59,274 bases of DNA from Octopus bimaculoides (Eukaryota). The notes under the pieces are model-generated. The model saw only the letters and a list, made by a program, of their open reading frames with translations, was not told where the DNA came from and searched no databases. Below, piece by piece: positions 11,850-23,917 of the stretch (within the stretch, counting starts at the first letter, position 1; each line of letters begins with the position of its first letter). A program made the translations under genes and the position numbers. The stretch covers positions 87,878,147 through 87,937,420 of the forward strand of contig NC_068985.1 of the NCBI RefSeq assembly GCF_001194135.2, given 5' to 3'.

Positions 11850-12074
11850 GCAATCTAGAGAAGTGAACTGATTCCAAGTACAAATCGAAAGTGTATCGTA
11901 GACAGTTATTTTTCTCTTAATGTTTTATCGATTATTTCGGTGGCGATTTTAAGCTACTCTTCATTTCAGTTCATTAAACATCTAATTTTCCTGACCTTAA
12001 TCTTTTCAGAAGAAAAATAAAAAAGAAACCTCTACGTAAAGTAAGGTAAGCGATTAATCTTTGTCAGTATTGCC

Positions 12075-12400
12075 ATCATCACCATCATCGTCGTCGTCCT
12101 CGTCATCGTCGTCATCATTGTCATCGATATCACCGTGGTCATCGTTGACGTCATCGTAGTCAACATCGATATGTACATCACCTTCAACAACATCCTTTTC
12201 GCTTCCGACAACGGATCATCATCGCTGTTTTTAGCCATCCTCGTCGTCCTTTTCCTCCCCTTCTTCCTCCTGCTCCTGCTCCTCCTCCTCATTATTATCT
12301 TCTTCTTTGTACTCATCATTGTCATCATCATAATCAACTTCATCATTGGAATCATCATTAGTCCCATCACCATCGTCGTCTGATTCGTCACCTTCATCAA
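12075..12400. repeat. Decayed (ATC/GTC/CTC) trinucleotide low-complexity tract
   Basis: Period-3 cryptic simplicity with stops in the acidic frame. Confidence 0.85.
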
Positions 12401-12619
12401 CACCCCTCTCACAAAGATACAAATGGGTGGTTATTCATGGCCTAAAATTATTCAAGTGAGACTAAAATGATGTAGAAGAAAGTACGTGCTTCACATTGGC
12501 TGACCGAACTGAACAGTTTTTTAGAGATGACTATTTGTTGTCAGAGATGTGAAGAAGTGAGTACAACAGTGGAAGAAGTCACTGATGAAGACCAAGTAAC
12601 ATTATAGTTTTCTATGGAT

Positions 12620-12868
12620 CAGCGGTTCTCAATCTTTTTTTTTTACCTATAGATCACTTCGATTACTATTTTACTCAACTAGACCCTCAAATACATTTAA
12701 TATTTAAAAATAAATTGCATTACATTTTAATAATTAATTATTATTAAGAATTGTATAAACTATTTTATGTATTGTAGCAGCAGTAAAACCATTTTATTGC
12801 ACGTAAAGTTTAAGAGCAAAATCTTTTATGGAGCCCAAGAGAGATGTGAACTCCATTGGGAACTATTA
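12620..12868. mobile_element. hAT (Charlie-like) MITE, ~250 bp
   Basis: Starts CAGCGGTTCTCAA and ends TTGGGAACTATT (decayed inverse). AT-rich non-coding interior. CTCTAG lies next to the right end. Confidence 0.6.
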
Positions 12869-13021
12869 CTCTAGTGGAACGGCTTCTATAAGTGAATAAA
12901 AATTGATGCCTATCTTTAAATTACATTTTCATTGAATCCGTGTATGTACGGATGTACACACATACACATACACGTACACATGCGCACACACACATGCGCA
13001 CACACACTCACAAATATGTAT

Positions 13022-13055
<34 letters not shown>

Positions 13056-13149
13056 CTGTATATCTATATCACGTAATCGATCATACTATAGGAAATTGTT
13101 CTACATCGTTGGTCACAATGCACTTCGCATAATTATAGCTTTCGTATGA

Positions 13150-13335
13150 TTCCATCCTGCTTATCGTAAAGCTCGTCCGTCACAATGTTGCCTGTTTACA
13201 GCTGTGTAGACTGGTGCAACACGAGATAAAAGTATTTTGCTCAAGAACACAACACGCCACTCGATCTGGGAATCGAACACGCGATCTTGCGATCGTGAGT
13301 CCAACGCACTTAACCAAACGGCCACGCACCTTCAC
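13150..13335 (-). mobile_element. SINE family C (tRNA head plus CORE-like domain)
   Basis: rc GTGAAGGTGCGTGGCCGTTTGGTTAAG..GTTCGATTCCC (A/B boxes)..GTGTTCTTGAGCAAAATACTTT. Related to 35563-35810. Confidence 0.82.
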
Positions 13336-14842
13336 GCGCAAACACAAACACACACAAACGCGCGCACGCGCGCATACACACACATACATTTGGGTGTATG
13401 TGTACACACCCACATGCGAACATCTATCCCACAGTCGCACAAAATTGACTGCACCGAACAAAATGTATTTATTAAATAAGATCAGAGAGATACGAGGCGA
13501 GGGCTCCTTGGGGTTTACTCTACGATGCACGCAAGAAACAGCGTCTAGCCAGTCTTTTCGCATTGTATAATATCTATGTATGCATATGTATGTATGCATG
13601 CATGCATATATGTATGTACATAGATGTGTATATATATATATGTGTGTGTATGTGTGTGTGTTCTTATATGTGTATTCCCAAGAACAGTTCTAAGAGTAAA
13701 ATTAAAAACAGAATGGAATCGTTAGACGAAACTAATTATTACCTTTATTTTTTTGGCAAATTTAACAAGAATTTCAGTTTTTTGAAAGATTTTATTAATT
13801 TAGTAGCGACTGTTTCTTTAATCAAAAGCTTTATATTTTATATTTTGTGTTTTTCTTGTTGTTTTTTTTTATTAGGTAGACACATAATTGTAATTTGAAA
13901 AATTCGATATAAGAATATTTAAAACAAAACAGAAACGAAAAACAAATTTCTCCCAGAAAATAAGAAAAGAGTAAGAATAAAAAAAATTGAAATTCTCCAG
14001 CATCTGAGCATCTGTAGAATAATCTGATAGTTAGACAGTAGGATGATTAATGAGAAAGTTTCAAAGAATTCTAGTAGACAACCGATAATTGTTAATTCCG
14101 ACTTTAGTTCGGCAACTCGATATGAACAGATGTTGAAAATGTTTACAAGGAAATTAATATTTAATGAAAATGAAGCAAACTGTTGTTGTTGCCGTCGTTT
14201 AGTGCCAGATCGAACCAGATCAAACAGAATATGATCGAACGAGTCCCATCGATGACCATCCAGGCTTTCGGGAAAACATCTTGACCTATTTTCTCTTATA
14301 TATGATACCATTTTCTTGAAACACATTCGTATGCAATATGTGGAAGATTTGGGGCTGGTTTGCTGCCGGTTGGGAGAGCACGTTTAGATTGGTAGAGTAT
14401 TGAGAGAGAGATTGGTTGTGTATTACCGGAACCAAAAAAGGGAGAAAAGATATTTCAACACAGAATTTTTAATGAAAGCTAAACTTAGGACATTTGAAAT
14501 GGAAACTGACAGAGATCTAAATTGAAACGAAAACTGGAAAGGCGTTCAATGTACTTTGAAAAATGTTGCTGATAATAGAAATCGAATAATTTTATCTACC
14601 TATTTTTCTGTCTGTCTGTACGTATGTCCATCTGTCGGTTTTCAGAAACACACAGGCACAAACGCACATATATGGTCATATAAACACACACGCACGCATA
14701 CAGACACGCACGCACGCACACACACACAGACACACGCGCATACACACCCACACACGCACATACGCACACACGCACACACACATATGCATATATGTATATA
14801 GACACAGTAAAAAGATAATATAAGCAGCTACGCACAAATATT

Positions 14843-15040
14843 TTTCATTCTTTTATTCTCTTACTTGTTTCAGTCATTTCTCTGCGGCCATGCTGGAGCA
14901 CCGCCTTTGGTCGAACAAATCGACCCCAGGACTTAATCTTCGTTAGCGTTGTACTCATTCTAACGGTGTCTATTGTCTAATCGCTAAGCTACGGGGTCGT
15001 ATACACAGCAACATCAGTTGTCAAGTGATGGTGGGGGAAA
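14843..15040 (-). mobile_element. SINE family A, 3' half
   Basis: rc ..CCTGGGGTCGATTTGTTCGACCAAAGGCGGTGCTCCAGCATGGCCGCAG..ATGACTGAAACAAGTAAGAGAATAAAAGA. Confidence 0.88.
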
Positions 15041-15289
15041 AACGCATACACAAAAATACGTACACACACACACACACACGCACATGCATATATATATATA
15101 TATAACCTAACCTTACAAAATACTCTACATACCCAGCTAATAGCCAGGAGCGACTCTGGATTTAATTATCCCTTAGAGGTATTAAACCCTTTTAACTGTT
15201 ACCTACACAACTATATATGTTTCCAGGCACATGTGTGTATTTACGTATTTTTGTGCTTGTATATGTATCTTTTGGCTATGATGCTCAGG

Positions 15290-15475
15290 AAATACATAGA
15301 TCGCTAGCCACTAAACCATTTTTATTTTCTCTCCCTGTTTATTTCAGAGTTCCTTTCTGTCGAAGACCGTAAAAGACTTTTTCACTTCCCGAGCGTTAAA
15401 CTAATACTTCTGTTTGTTGTCAACACACCCGCCTTCATCTTTTTTGTTTTTTTTCTGTAAATTCTCACTATATAT
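15290..15475 (+). mobile_element. TA-flanked Penelope-like terminal repeat (family P1) with a deleted hammerhead motif
   Basis: Reverse-complement homologue of 21605-21795. TCCTTT-CTGTCGA-AGA..CGTA-AAAG with stem II missing. The Penelope assignment is an inference. Confidence 0.55.
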
Positions 15476-15481
15476 ATATAA

Positions 15482-15625
15482 CCAGCCAAAACTTCTGAGA
15501 AGATCCGGACCTCGACTGAAGATAGGAAACTTCGAATGACTGGTCTTTTGTCCCTTTTTGTATCATCAATCTGGATATTCTGTTGTCACCTATTTCGTTC
15601 TTGTTCCATACTTTGTATTCTTTTA
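15482..15625 (+). mobile_element. TA-flanked ~145-bp repeat-like segment with a decayed hammerhead-like motif
   Basis: CTGAAGA-TAG-GAAA-CTTC-GAA(TG)ACTGGTC, bounded by short TA runs on both sides. Single copy in the window. Confidence 0.35.
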
Positions 15626-16883
15626 TATATATGCACACGCAAAAATGCATTGTATTGAATATCCGTTGACAGCAAATCTGTACCGAAAATGTGACTGTTT
15701 GGGATAAAACCGTCGAGGTTATTAGAATTATTCTATTAGTCATGCAATCGATTAAAACGTAAACAAAATGTATTAAAAATTTGCATTCGTGTAAAGCCAA
15801 TAATTATAAAAAATATGTATATTGACACGGAAAAAATTCTAGAGAATATATATGTAGAATCTTGTTTGTATGCGTGGAAAAAATGGTGCTTACTAAAATT
15901 ATTGATTTAAACATAATTGCAATCAAACTTTAAATAGCATGTATTAAAAAAATAAATATGTATTGGTTTCTATAAAAGTAATAACTACTTTCTCCTGTCT
16001 TTTCGTAACTGAAAATGCATGAGGATCAGTTAATTATGATTTTATTCAACGTATTCGCTTCTCAGATACATACACTTATAGAAGGGGTCCTTTAATTTTT
16101 TCTAAACGCTATAAAAGAACTCGGAATGTTGGGCCTCCAAACAGGCTTTCGTGATAACCTTAGAGGCAGGATATTTTTCAGTCCTCTGGAGAGATACCAC
16201 ACTGAGATTACAGGTCACCGGTGCGGTATCTGACATGAATTACTTTATCTTCAGGCTGATGGAGATCTTTGATCATCTGATCTTGACCGTCTGCATTGGC
16301 CCTGTGTGTATAAATCTCTGGAGACGTCAGAGTGGCAAGAATGGAGACACGTGTGATTGAGCTGTCTTGTATATTCTGAGAATATTTTAGGCGCCAAAAG
16401 AGACATTTTAGAGGATAACAGGAAGAAACAAACAATAGCGCGTCACAACTTCACACTGATTGTCAGCTTAACAGAGCAATCACGTGAAACTATTGTAATT
16501 CGGTCGTGATATCTGACCGTGTACTTAGCGAATCGGTTCGAATCACCGCTACGGAATATTACATGATATCAGCGGAAGTAGTTTAATCAGATTGGATCTC
16601 TGCGATGGATTTCATAACTCAATTTTGATGAAACAATTCCTACTGCTATTATGTAATATAGACTACATAATGCAGATGAATAAATCCTCGTTATCGTCAA
16701 CTATAAATCGTGCGAGTAGTCACCTGAAGTTGTTGAAACAACTGTTAAGTAGGAAATAAAAATTATACCATAAACACCACTTCTCCCCCCTCCCCCCCAC
16801 ATATATATAGAGAGAGAGAGCGCGAGAGAGAGGGAGGAGAAAGATAGAAATAATATATATTCACATATGTGTGCGTCTGTGTT

Positions 16884-16918
<35 letters not shown>

Positions 16919-17110
16919 NNNNNNNNNNNNNNNNNNNNNNNNNNNNNNNNNNNNNNNNNNNNNNNNNNNNNNNNNNNNNNNNNNNNNNNNNNNNNNNNNN
17001 NNNNNNNNNNNNNNNNNNNNNNNNNNNNNNNNNNNNNNNNNNNNNNNNNNNNNNNNNNNNNNNNNNNNNNNNNNNNNNNNNNNNNNNNNNNNATATATAT
17101 ATATATATAT

Positions 17111-17159
<49 letters not shown>

Positions 17160-18385
17160 CGAAGCGAAAGACATGATGTACATTTACATACGCACATACA
17201 CAATCGTATATGCCATATTTGATTATATACCATATGTCTACCATATATTTACATTATCATATCTTCATATTTAGGAGTGTGCAGACGTACTTATATCCTT
17301 ATATGCATGCCTATATATGTGTGCGTGTGTGTGTAGGTGTGTATTGTCTCACGTGAGCTTCATTGTACAAATATGACGGCATGCTAAACAGCAAGCATAA
17401 AGTTCGTTTGGATGCATCCATATTACGTATCGTTACGATGGATACGAGAGATTACCGAAAGAAGTGAATGGAAACCATCACTTAATGAAAATATATATTT
17501 AAAATGTAAAGACCAGGCCACCGCCACCATCGGTACCACACTGCTTTGTTAAACACACAACTATTTTGCGTGTGCGGGACTCCATGGCTTGCGTGCAGGG
17601 ACGGAATGGAATTGATCAGGCGTCAAACTTATTTCTTTAAGTTATCAGAATAAAAGATGGAACGTCATTAAATTGTACCATCCCACAAACAAGTAACACA
17701 GCTGGACAATACACACGCCTAGGCACACACACATACATAGACAGATATATAAATATTCAGACTTACACACGTACACATATATACACATATATATAGAGTC
17801 CAGCCAAAAAGACAGAACCAATAGATAAATATAAATATATCAATAAGCGTTTTATCACACACGCTCTTCACAAATTGATACACGCACATACATACACACA
17901 TACATACAGACACACACACGGAGACACCCGCATGTGCTTTATAATGCACTGAAATATATATGTACACACAGACATTTTCACATTAGAGCGGACGCACACT
18001 CTCGCGTTCTCTTTCTCTTCCCCGATCGCAAACATTCACATTTACATTCATACACAACAGAAATACAAAGCCAAAGCCCTAAGAGACAAACAGACAGACC
18101 TGAAGCTGACCTGGAGTACTGAGGTCATGTTACTGACGAAATGGCGAATGGCAACGAAACGCCTTTGATAAGCTAGAGTAATTGAGTTATTTACAGAATA
18201 ATTAATGGACAATTTATTAGTTGCTTGCTAAAATAGTTACACAATTAAAATATGGTAAAGAACAGAAATAGAACCAGTGTGGGAGAAGATTATTGGCTTA
18301 ATGATGCTCCCAAATGGCAACGAAATCTGTTTCAACACACAAGATGCATTATTCTTTTAAAGCAACTCCAAAATCGAAACACACT

Positions 18386-18433
<48 letters not shown>

Positions 18434-20287
18434 TGCATACCAACATACAAAAAAAGAAAAAAAAAATTATATATCCAGTCACATANNNNNNNNNNNNNNN
18501 NNNNNNNNNNNNNNNNNNNNNNNNNNNNNNNNNNNNNNNNNNNNNNNNNNNNNNNNNNNNTGTGTGTGTGTGTGTGTGTGTGTGTATTTTGAATATAAAA
18601 CATGAACCGATGACAATTCGAAGATTTCGAAGTTTGGAAACAGCAAAAATACAATTGGTTGACCATTAACGTGAAATCGACGTCGAAGATTAATTATTTA
18701 TATTTCAACTTCAATGTCATCGTCGTTTCTAATATTTTCAGAAAGTAGATTATAAATACATTTCGGAGAATAAATGTTTCGATTCTTATTTAAAATTCTT
18801 ATTTATTTCCATACTGTATTTTTTTCTTTAACAATTTTCAATGACATTTCTTTCTTTTTTGAAAAGTAATTTCCCTTTTCTTCCATCTTCTCAAATGGCA
18901 TTTTGAGTCTGACTTTCTGCCATCTTTGTTGTTGTTATTGATATTAGTACTATTATTTATTTATTTTGCTATTTTATATTTTCTTTGACGTGTGAATATA
19001 AGCTGTAATTCTTTGTCGCAAATGTAGAATATGGTAGCATCCTTAAGATATTTGCAGTTAAATAAAAATAAAAAAAATAACAAAACATCCTTCCACCCCA
19101 CAAAACAACAGCACCAAATAAATGAGCAAGAAAATACAAATATTAAGAATAAAATAAAACGGTAAAATATAGCGAGAAAAAAGTCAGATACAAAAATACA
19201 AAAGAAGAAAAATGGAGGCTAAAAAATAAAAACTAAACTATTTAAGAAGTGAAAAATCCTTCTTGAAGAGAGAATAAAATAAAAAGAGAGAGAACAGAAG
19301 AAGAGAGATTGAGAGAGAGAACTAGAATAGTAAAGTCATGGAAGAGAGGGAAAGGGGGTAAGGAGAGGTGGAGAAGATAAATGGGGCGAGTTGGTTTGTG
19401 AACGATTCTGAAAGAATGATAAAATAATATATATTGTTCATGCTAGTTATTAGGAATTCTTGATCGAAAACATCTCAAGCGTAAATTTTACGTTGAAATC
19501 AAAGCGAAAATCAGATAGTGCCAATAAAATTGCGATGCCTCAGTAAAGAAGGTGCATAGGGTTTTTTTTTTTTATTTATCTGTTGCAGAAATACAAAACT
19601 AGAAAGAGTCGTTTATCACAGAAGTTCTATAGGTTATAAACCTCATGCGGTTCGTTTATCTGTTATTTGCAATGAACAAACGAAATATGTGGCTGCATAA
19701 CTATGAACACCCAATGATGTGGTTTAAATCAAGTTTCACTTGTTTTCTTTTATTGCTTGGTTATTTTTCGTTTTGTTTTTCTAAAGAATTTTTGTGTTGC
19801 ATAGCACATTGGAAGTCGTTTAACATGTCATATCAGAAGCATAACTTAATTAGGAAAAGAGAAAATAAAATATATATTTATATCACATTTTCTTGCTCAT
19901 TGTCTATTTGGCATGTGAAAATGGAAGAACATTTCAAAAGGAAACAGAATGTAAACTTTCCGACATTCAAGTGCCATTACTCTGCTGTTATTATTTCATC
20001 TTTATCTCTTTATCGCTGTTGTCATTTCTATTATGGCTGTTGTTGTTGCCACTGCTATTACAGTAGGTGGTGGCGTTTTTTTTTATTTGTTTGTTTATTA
20101 CATTTTCACACGTGCGATCAGAGACCATCGTCACCAGATTTCTGATATGGATAACCATTTCTTTTCATACTAACCTGAACTCTCCATTGTTATGAGTTAA
20201 GAAAGCCATCCTCGTTTCCATCTCTCGCTTTCCTCCTCTTAGTTTTCTGGCTACATGCTTGGATATGTATGTGTGTGTGTGTGTGTA

Positions 20288-20339
<52 letters not shown>

Positions 20340-21049
20340 GAGAGAGAGAATTTGATATATCTTTCTTTTCTCCTGACCTACGCTGTTCTATCGGGGGGCA
20401 TCATCTATGTATCTCGGTTTTGCGTCAATGTTACTGCTGAAAAAAAGCTGATTTATATTTTAGTTATATTAAGGTTTAGCTAAAGAGCAGGTCATCTTAA
20501 TATGTACGTATATATCAGTGGATTTCTTGAGATCCAATAATAGTTCTTGATTTTATTTTGTTAATCCTTTAGCATTTCGCATTGTGATGGTCGATAGATA
20601 AATATATATAAACGGTCACTAAATGATCCGTGAGAGATTATCGCTGGAAATATATTTTCGCAAAAATGATTCCAGATTTACCATTAGTTTGTATTGAAAG
20701 AGAAACTGACACAAACAGCAGAATGATGACCAGGAGATTTTACATGTTCTATTATATATCTGTAAGTTTGTTTCCACGTTTTGTTTGCAAGCTGTTGAGG
20801 AATATCGTCACGGCTGTTTTTGTTATTTGCCATAACAATAATACAGTTTAAAAGAATTAAGCATTTAGTCTGAAATATAACAGAAATAGTCTATTATATT
20901 AGTTCCAAGGTCTTCAATTGAAATATCTGCTGTTATATTGTACATTTTATTTTTGTGTAACCCTCGGGTTATTGTAGTCGTATTCAAATACCATTCATTT
21001 AATGTCGACCCGTTTATGACTGACGTTATTTCCATTAACCAAGGTGGTG

Positions 21050-21200
21050 TAATGTCAGAATCGTTAGCAATCCGGAAAAAATACGTAGCTGCATATTGTC
21101 CTTCAATACGATGAGTTCAAATTTCACAGACGTCGAATTTCGGGGTCTATAGAAAATACCAGTTGGATCCTGGAGTTTATACGCTCGACTCATTTCCTTC
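21050..21200 (+). mobile_element. SINE family B, degenerate
   Basis: AAGGTGGTGTAATGTCAGAATCGTTAGCAATCCGG..GAGTTCAAATTTC..GTCGAATTTCGGGGTCTATAGAAAATACCAGTT. Confidence 0.65.
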
Positions 21201-21581
21201 CTCTCAATTTCTGGCATTCTACAAAAAATTTAATCTAGTATTTCCTTCGACTTCTTAAATGCTAAACTAAGGTTTTAAGTCTAGATTTTATTTATAGAAT
21301 ATTCAGCGAAAATTTCACAATTTAATGTTCACAACAGCGCTCTATTACAACAAATTTACAAATAGAAAAGAGGTAAACGCTAGTTTTTAAAAATATTATG
21401 AAGCATAACTTAGCGACATTATAATATGAATTAAAAAAATAATAATAAACTAGCTGCAAGAATTACTAGGGACATTGTTACTGGCTACAACTCTTCGAGG
21501 TCGTGCTGAAACCGGACTAGAAGGTAACATATGAACAGAAATATCATAAACCGCATCTGTCGATCTATCTATCTATCTATC

Positions 21582-21604
<23 letters not shown>

Positions 21605-21612
<8 letters not shown>

Positions 21613-21795
21613 GAAATTTACAGAAAAACAAAAGACGAATACAGGTGTATAAACAACAAACAGGGGTATTAGTTTAACGCCCGGGAAGGTAAGAAAGTCC
21701 TTTACGTTTTGATGAGTCTACGCTCTTCAACAGAAAGGAACATGAGGAAATAAACAGAGAGTGAATAAAAAGAACTTTCCGAATAAAAAGAACTT
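21605..21795 (-). mobile_element. TA-flanked Penelope-like terminal repeat (family P1) with a decayed hammerhead motif
   Basis: rc TCCTTT-CTGTTGA-AGAG-CGTAGA-CTC-ATC-AAAACGTA-AAGGA. Homologous to 15290-15475. Confidence 0.6.
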
Positions 21796-21804
21796 TCAAT
21801 AAGA

Positions 21805-21944
21805 TCGTTTCCTAGCCACCTGGTTGTGGGCTCAATCCTACTGCGCTGTACCTTCAGCAACTGTTTTCTAATATAACCCCGGGGCGAAGAAAACCTTGTC
21901 TGTGGATGTAGTAGACGGGAACTAGAAGTCCACCGCACACATAC

Positions 21945-22017
<73 letters not shown>

Positions 22018-22245
22018 ACTAATTGCATATATCTGTGTTTGTCTTCCACCTCTGCTTGACAACTGGTGTTGGTGTGTTTACGTCCCCGTACGTTAGTGGT
22101 TAGGGTTAGCATAAGTAGCATAAATAGTAGGCTTAGCTAAAAAATGTAGTACTTTGGTCGATTCATTCGCCTAAAAGACAATTCTACTAGGCGGTGCGGC
22201 AGCATGGCCGGAGTTTAATGAGTGAAACAAATAAAAGGAAGATAA
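21805..22245 (+). mobile_element. SINE family A with an internal (TA)(TG) microsatellite
   Basis: Head (..GGCTCAATCCTACTGCGC..GTAGACGGGAACT), microsatellite, then the 3' body (GTGTTTACGTCCCCGTA..GCAGCATGGCC..GAAACAA). Confidence 0.8.
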
Positions 22246-22630
22246 ATTTGCGTTGTGCGTGAAAAACTTACACTTGCATACGCGAACAAACATTTATGGA
22301 TTTATAAATATATTTTTTTAAGGATTCTTTGATATTGTTTATATACCATGAGTATATTTTGGGTTTAATCTATAACCTATCATCTCTCATTGCAGGTTGT
22401 TTACGAAAATAAACAAATTTTATAAAGATATAACTAAGTAAATAAAAACAAAAATGAAGGTACCGTGAAAACCGATCAAACATTTCTGTATTTACATTCT
22501 TATCGGATCGTTCAGGCAGTGAATATGTGGATATCATATTGTAAATCTTCCAAAATACGGATTACTCTAGAAATTTAAAGCAACAATATTCTTCATTCAA
22601 TGCCTCCATTTTAAACGCTGGATGTGTATA

Positions 22631-22781
22631 GAGGCGTAGGAGTGGCTGTGTGGTAAGACGCTTGCGTGTTCAGGCCCACTGCTTGGCAGCTTGGACAAGT
22701 GTCTTCTGCTATTGCCTCCGGCTGACTAATGTCTTGTATACGGAAACTGAAGCCCGTCGTATATATACATATATATATATG

Positions 22782-22813
<32 letters not shown>

Positions 22814-23069
22814 TGTATGTATGTGTGCGTGTATGTGTGTGTGTATCTGTGTGTGTGTGCGTTCGTGTGCATTTGTGTCTGTGTTTGTTCCCCCACCATC
22901 GCTTGAGAACCGAAGCTCATGTGTTTACGTCCCCGTAACTTATCGGTTCGGCAAAAGAGACGAATAGAATTTAGTACTGGGCTTACAAAGAATAAGTCCT
23001 GAAGTCGATATGTTCGACTAAAGGTGGTGCCCCAGTATGACCGCAGTGAGATGACTGAATCAAGCAAAA

Positions 23070-23073
<4 letters not shown>
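22631..23073 (+). mobile_element. SINE family A, full length
   Basis: GAGGCGTAGGAGTGGCTGTGTGGTAAG (A-box-like), GTTCAGGCCC (B-box-like), CTTGGACAAGTGTCTTC (CORE-like), internal microsatellite, 3' body ending AAGCAAAAGAA. Confidence 0.9.
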
Positions 23074-23104
<31 letters not shown>

Positions 23105-23917
23105 TACATGTACGCATGTATGTATGTTTTATGTATGAGTGTGTATATTTGGAGGGTGTTATATATATGTATATATATATATATATATNNNNNNNNNNNN
23201 NNNNNNNNNNNNNNNNNNNNNNNNNNNNNNNNNNNNNNNNNNNNNNNNNNNNNNNNNNNNNNNNNNNNNNNNNNNNNNNNNNNNNNNNNNNNNNNNNNNN
23301 NNNNNNNNNNNNNNNNNNNNNNNNNNNNNNNNNNNNNNNNNNNNNNNNNNNNNNNNNNNNNNNNNNNNNNNNNNNNNNNNNNNNNNNNNNNNNNNNNNNN
23401 NNNNNNNNNNNNNNNNNNNNNNNNNNNNNNNNNNNNNNNNNNNNNNNNNNNNNNNNNNNNNNNNNNNNNNNNNNNNNNNNNNNNNNNNNNNNNNNNNNNN
23501 NNNNNNNNNNNNNNNNNNNNNNNNNNNNNNNNNNNNNNNNNNNNNNNNNNNNNNNNNNNNNNNNNNNNNNNNNNNNNNNNNNNNNNNNNNNNNNNNNNNN
23601 NNNNNNNNNNNNNNNNNNNNNNNNNNNNNNNNNNNNNNNNNNNNNNNNNNNNNNNNNNNNNNNNNNNNNNNNNNNNNNNNNNNNNNNNNNNNNNNNNNNN
23701 NNNNNNNNNNNNNNNNNNNNNNNNNNNNNNNNNNNNNNNNNNNNNNNNNNNNNNNNNNNNNNNNNNNNNNNNNNNNNNNNNNNNNNNNNNNNNNNNNNNN
23801 NNNNNNNNNNNNNNNNNNNNNNNNNNNNNNNNNNNNNNNNNNNNNNNNNNNNNNNNNNNNNNNNNNNNNNNNNNNNNNNNNNNNNNNNNNNNNNNNNNNN
23901 NNNNNNNNNNNNNNNNN

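Noticed and set aside
12032-12422. Acidic D/E-rich protein-like ORFs (also 40252-40461, 42079-42567, 45700-45790)
   Set aside because: Decayed GAT/GAA trinucleotide arrays with in-frame stops, no splice context and no non-repetitive domain.
18134-18165. CTGACGA..GAAACGCC hammerhead-like spacing
   Set aside because: Stem II has several mismatches, there is no UH cleavage site, and stem I does not pair.
18605-18645. CCGATGA-hairpin(TTCGAA/TTCGAA)-GAAAC
   Set aside because: No stem III/cleavage triplet or stem I can be formed in any hammerhead topology.
19645-20145. 166-aa plus-strand ORF
   Set aside because: Low-complexity F/C/L/Y composition typical of T-rich non-coding DNA; no domain motif.
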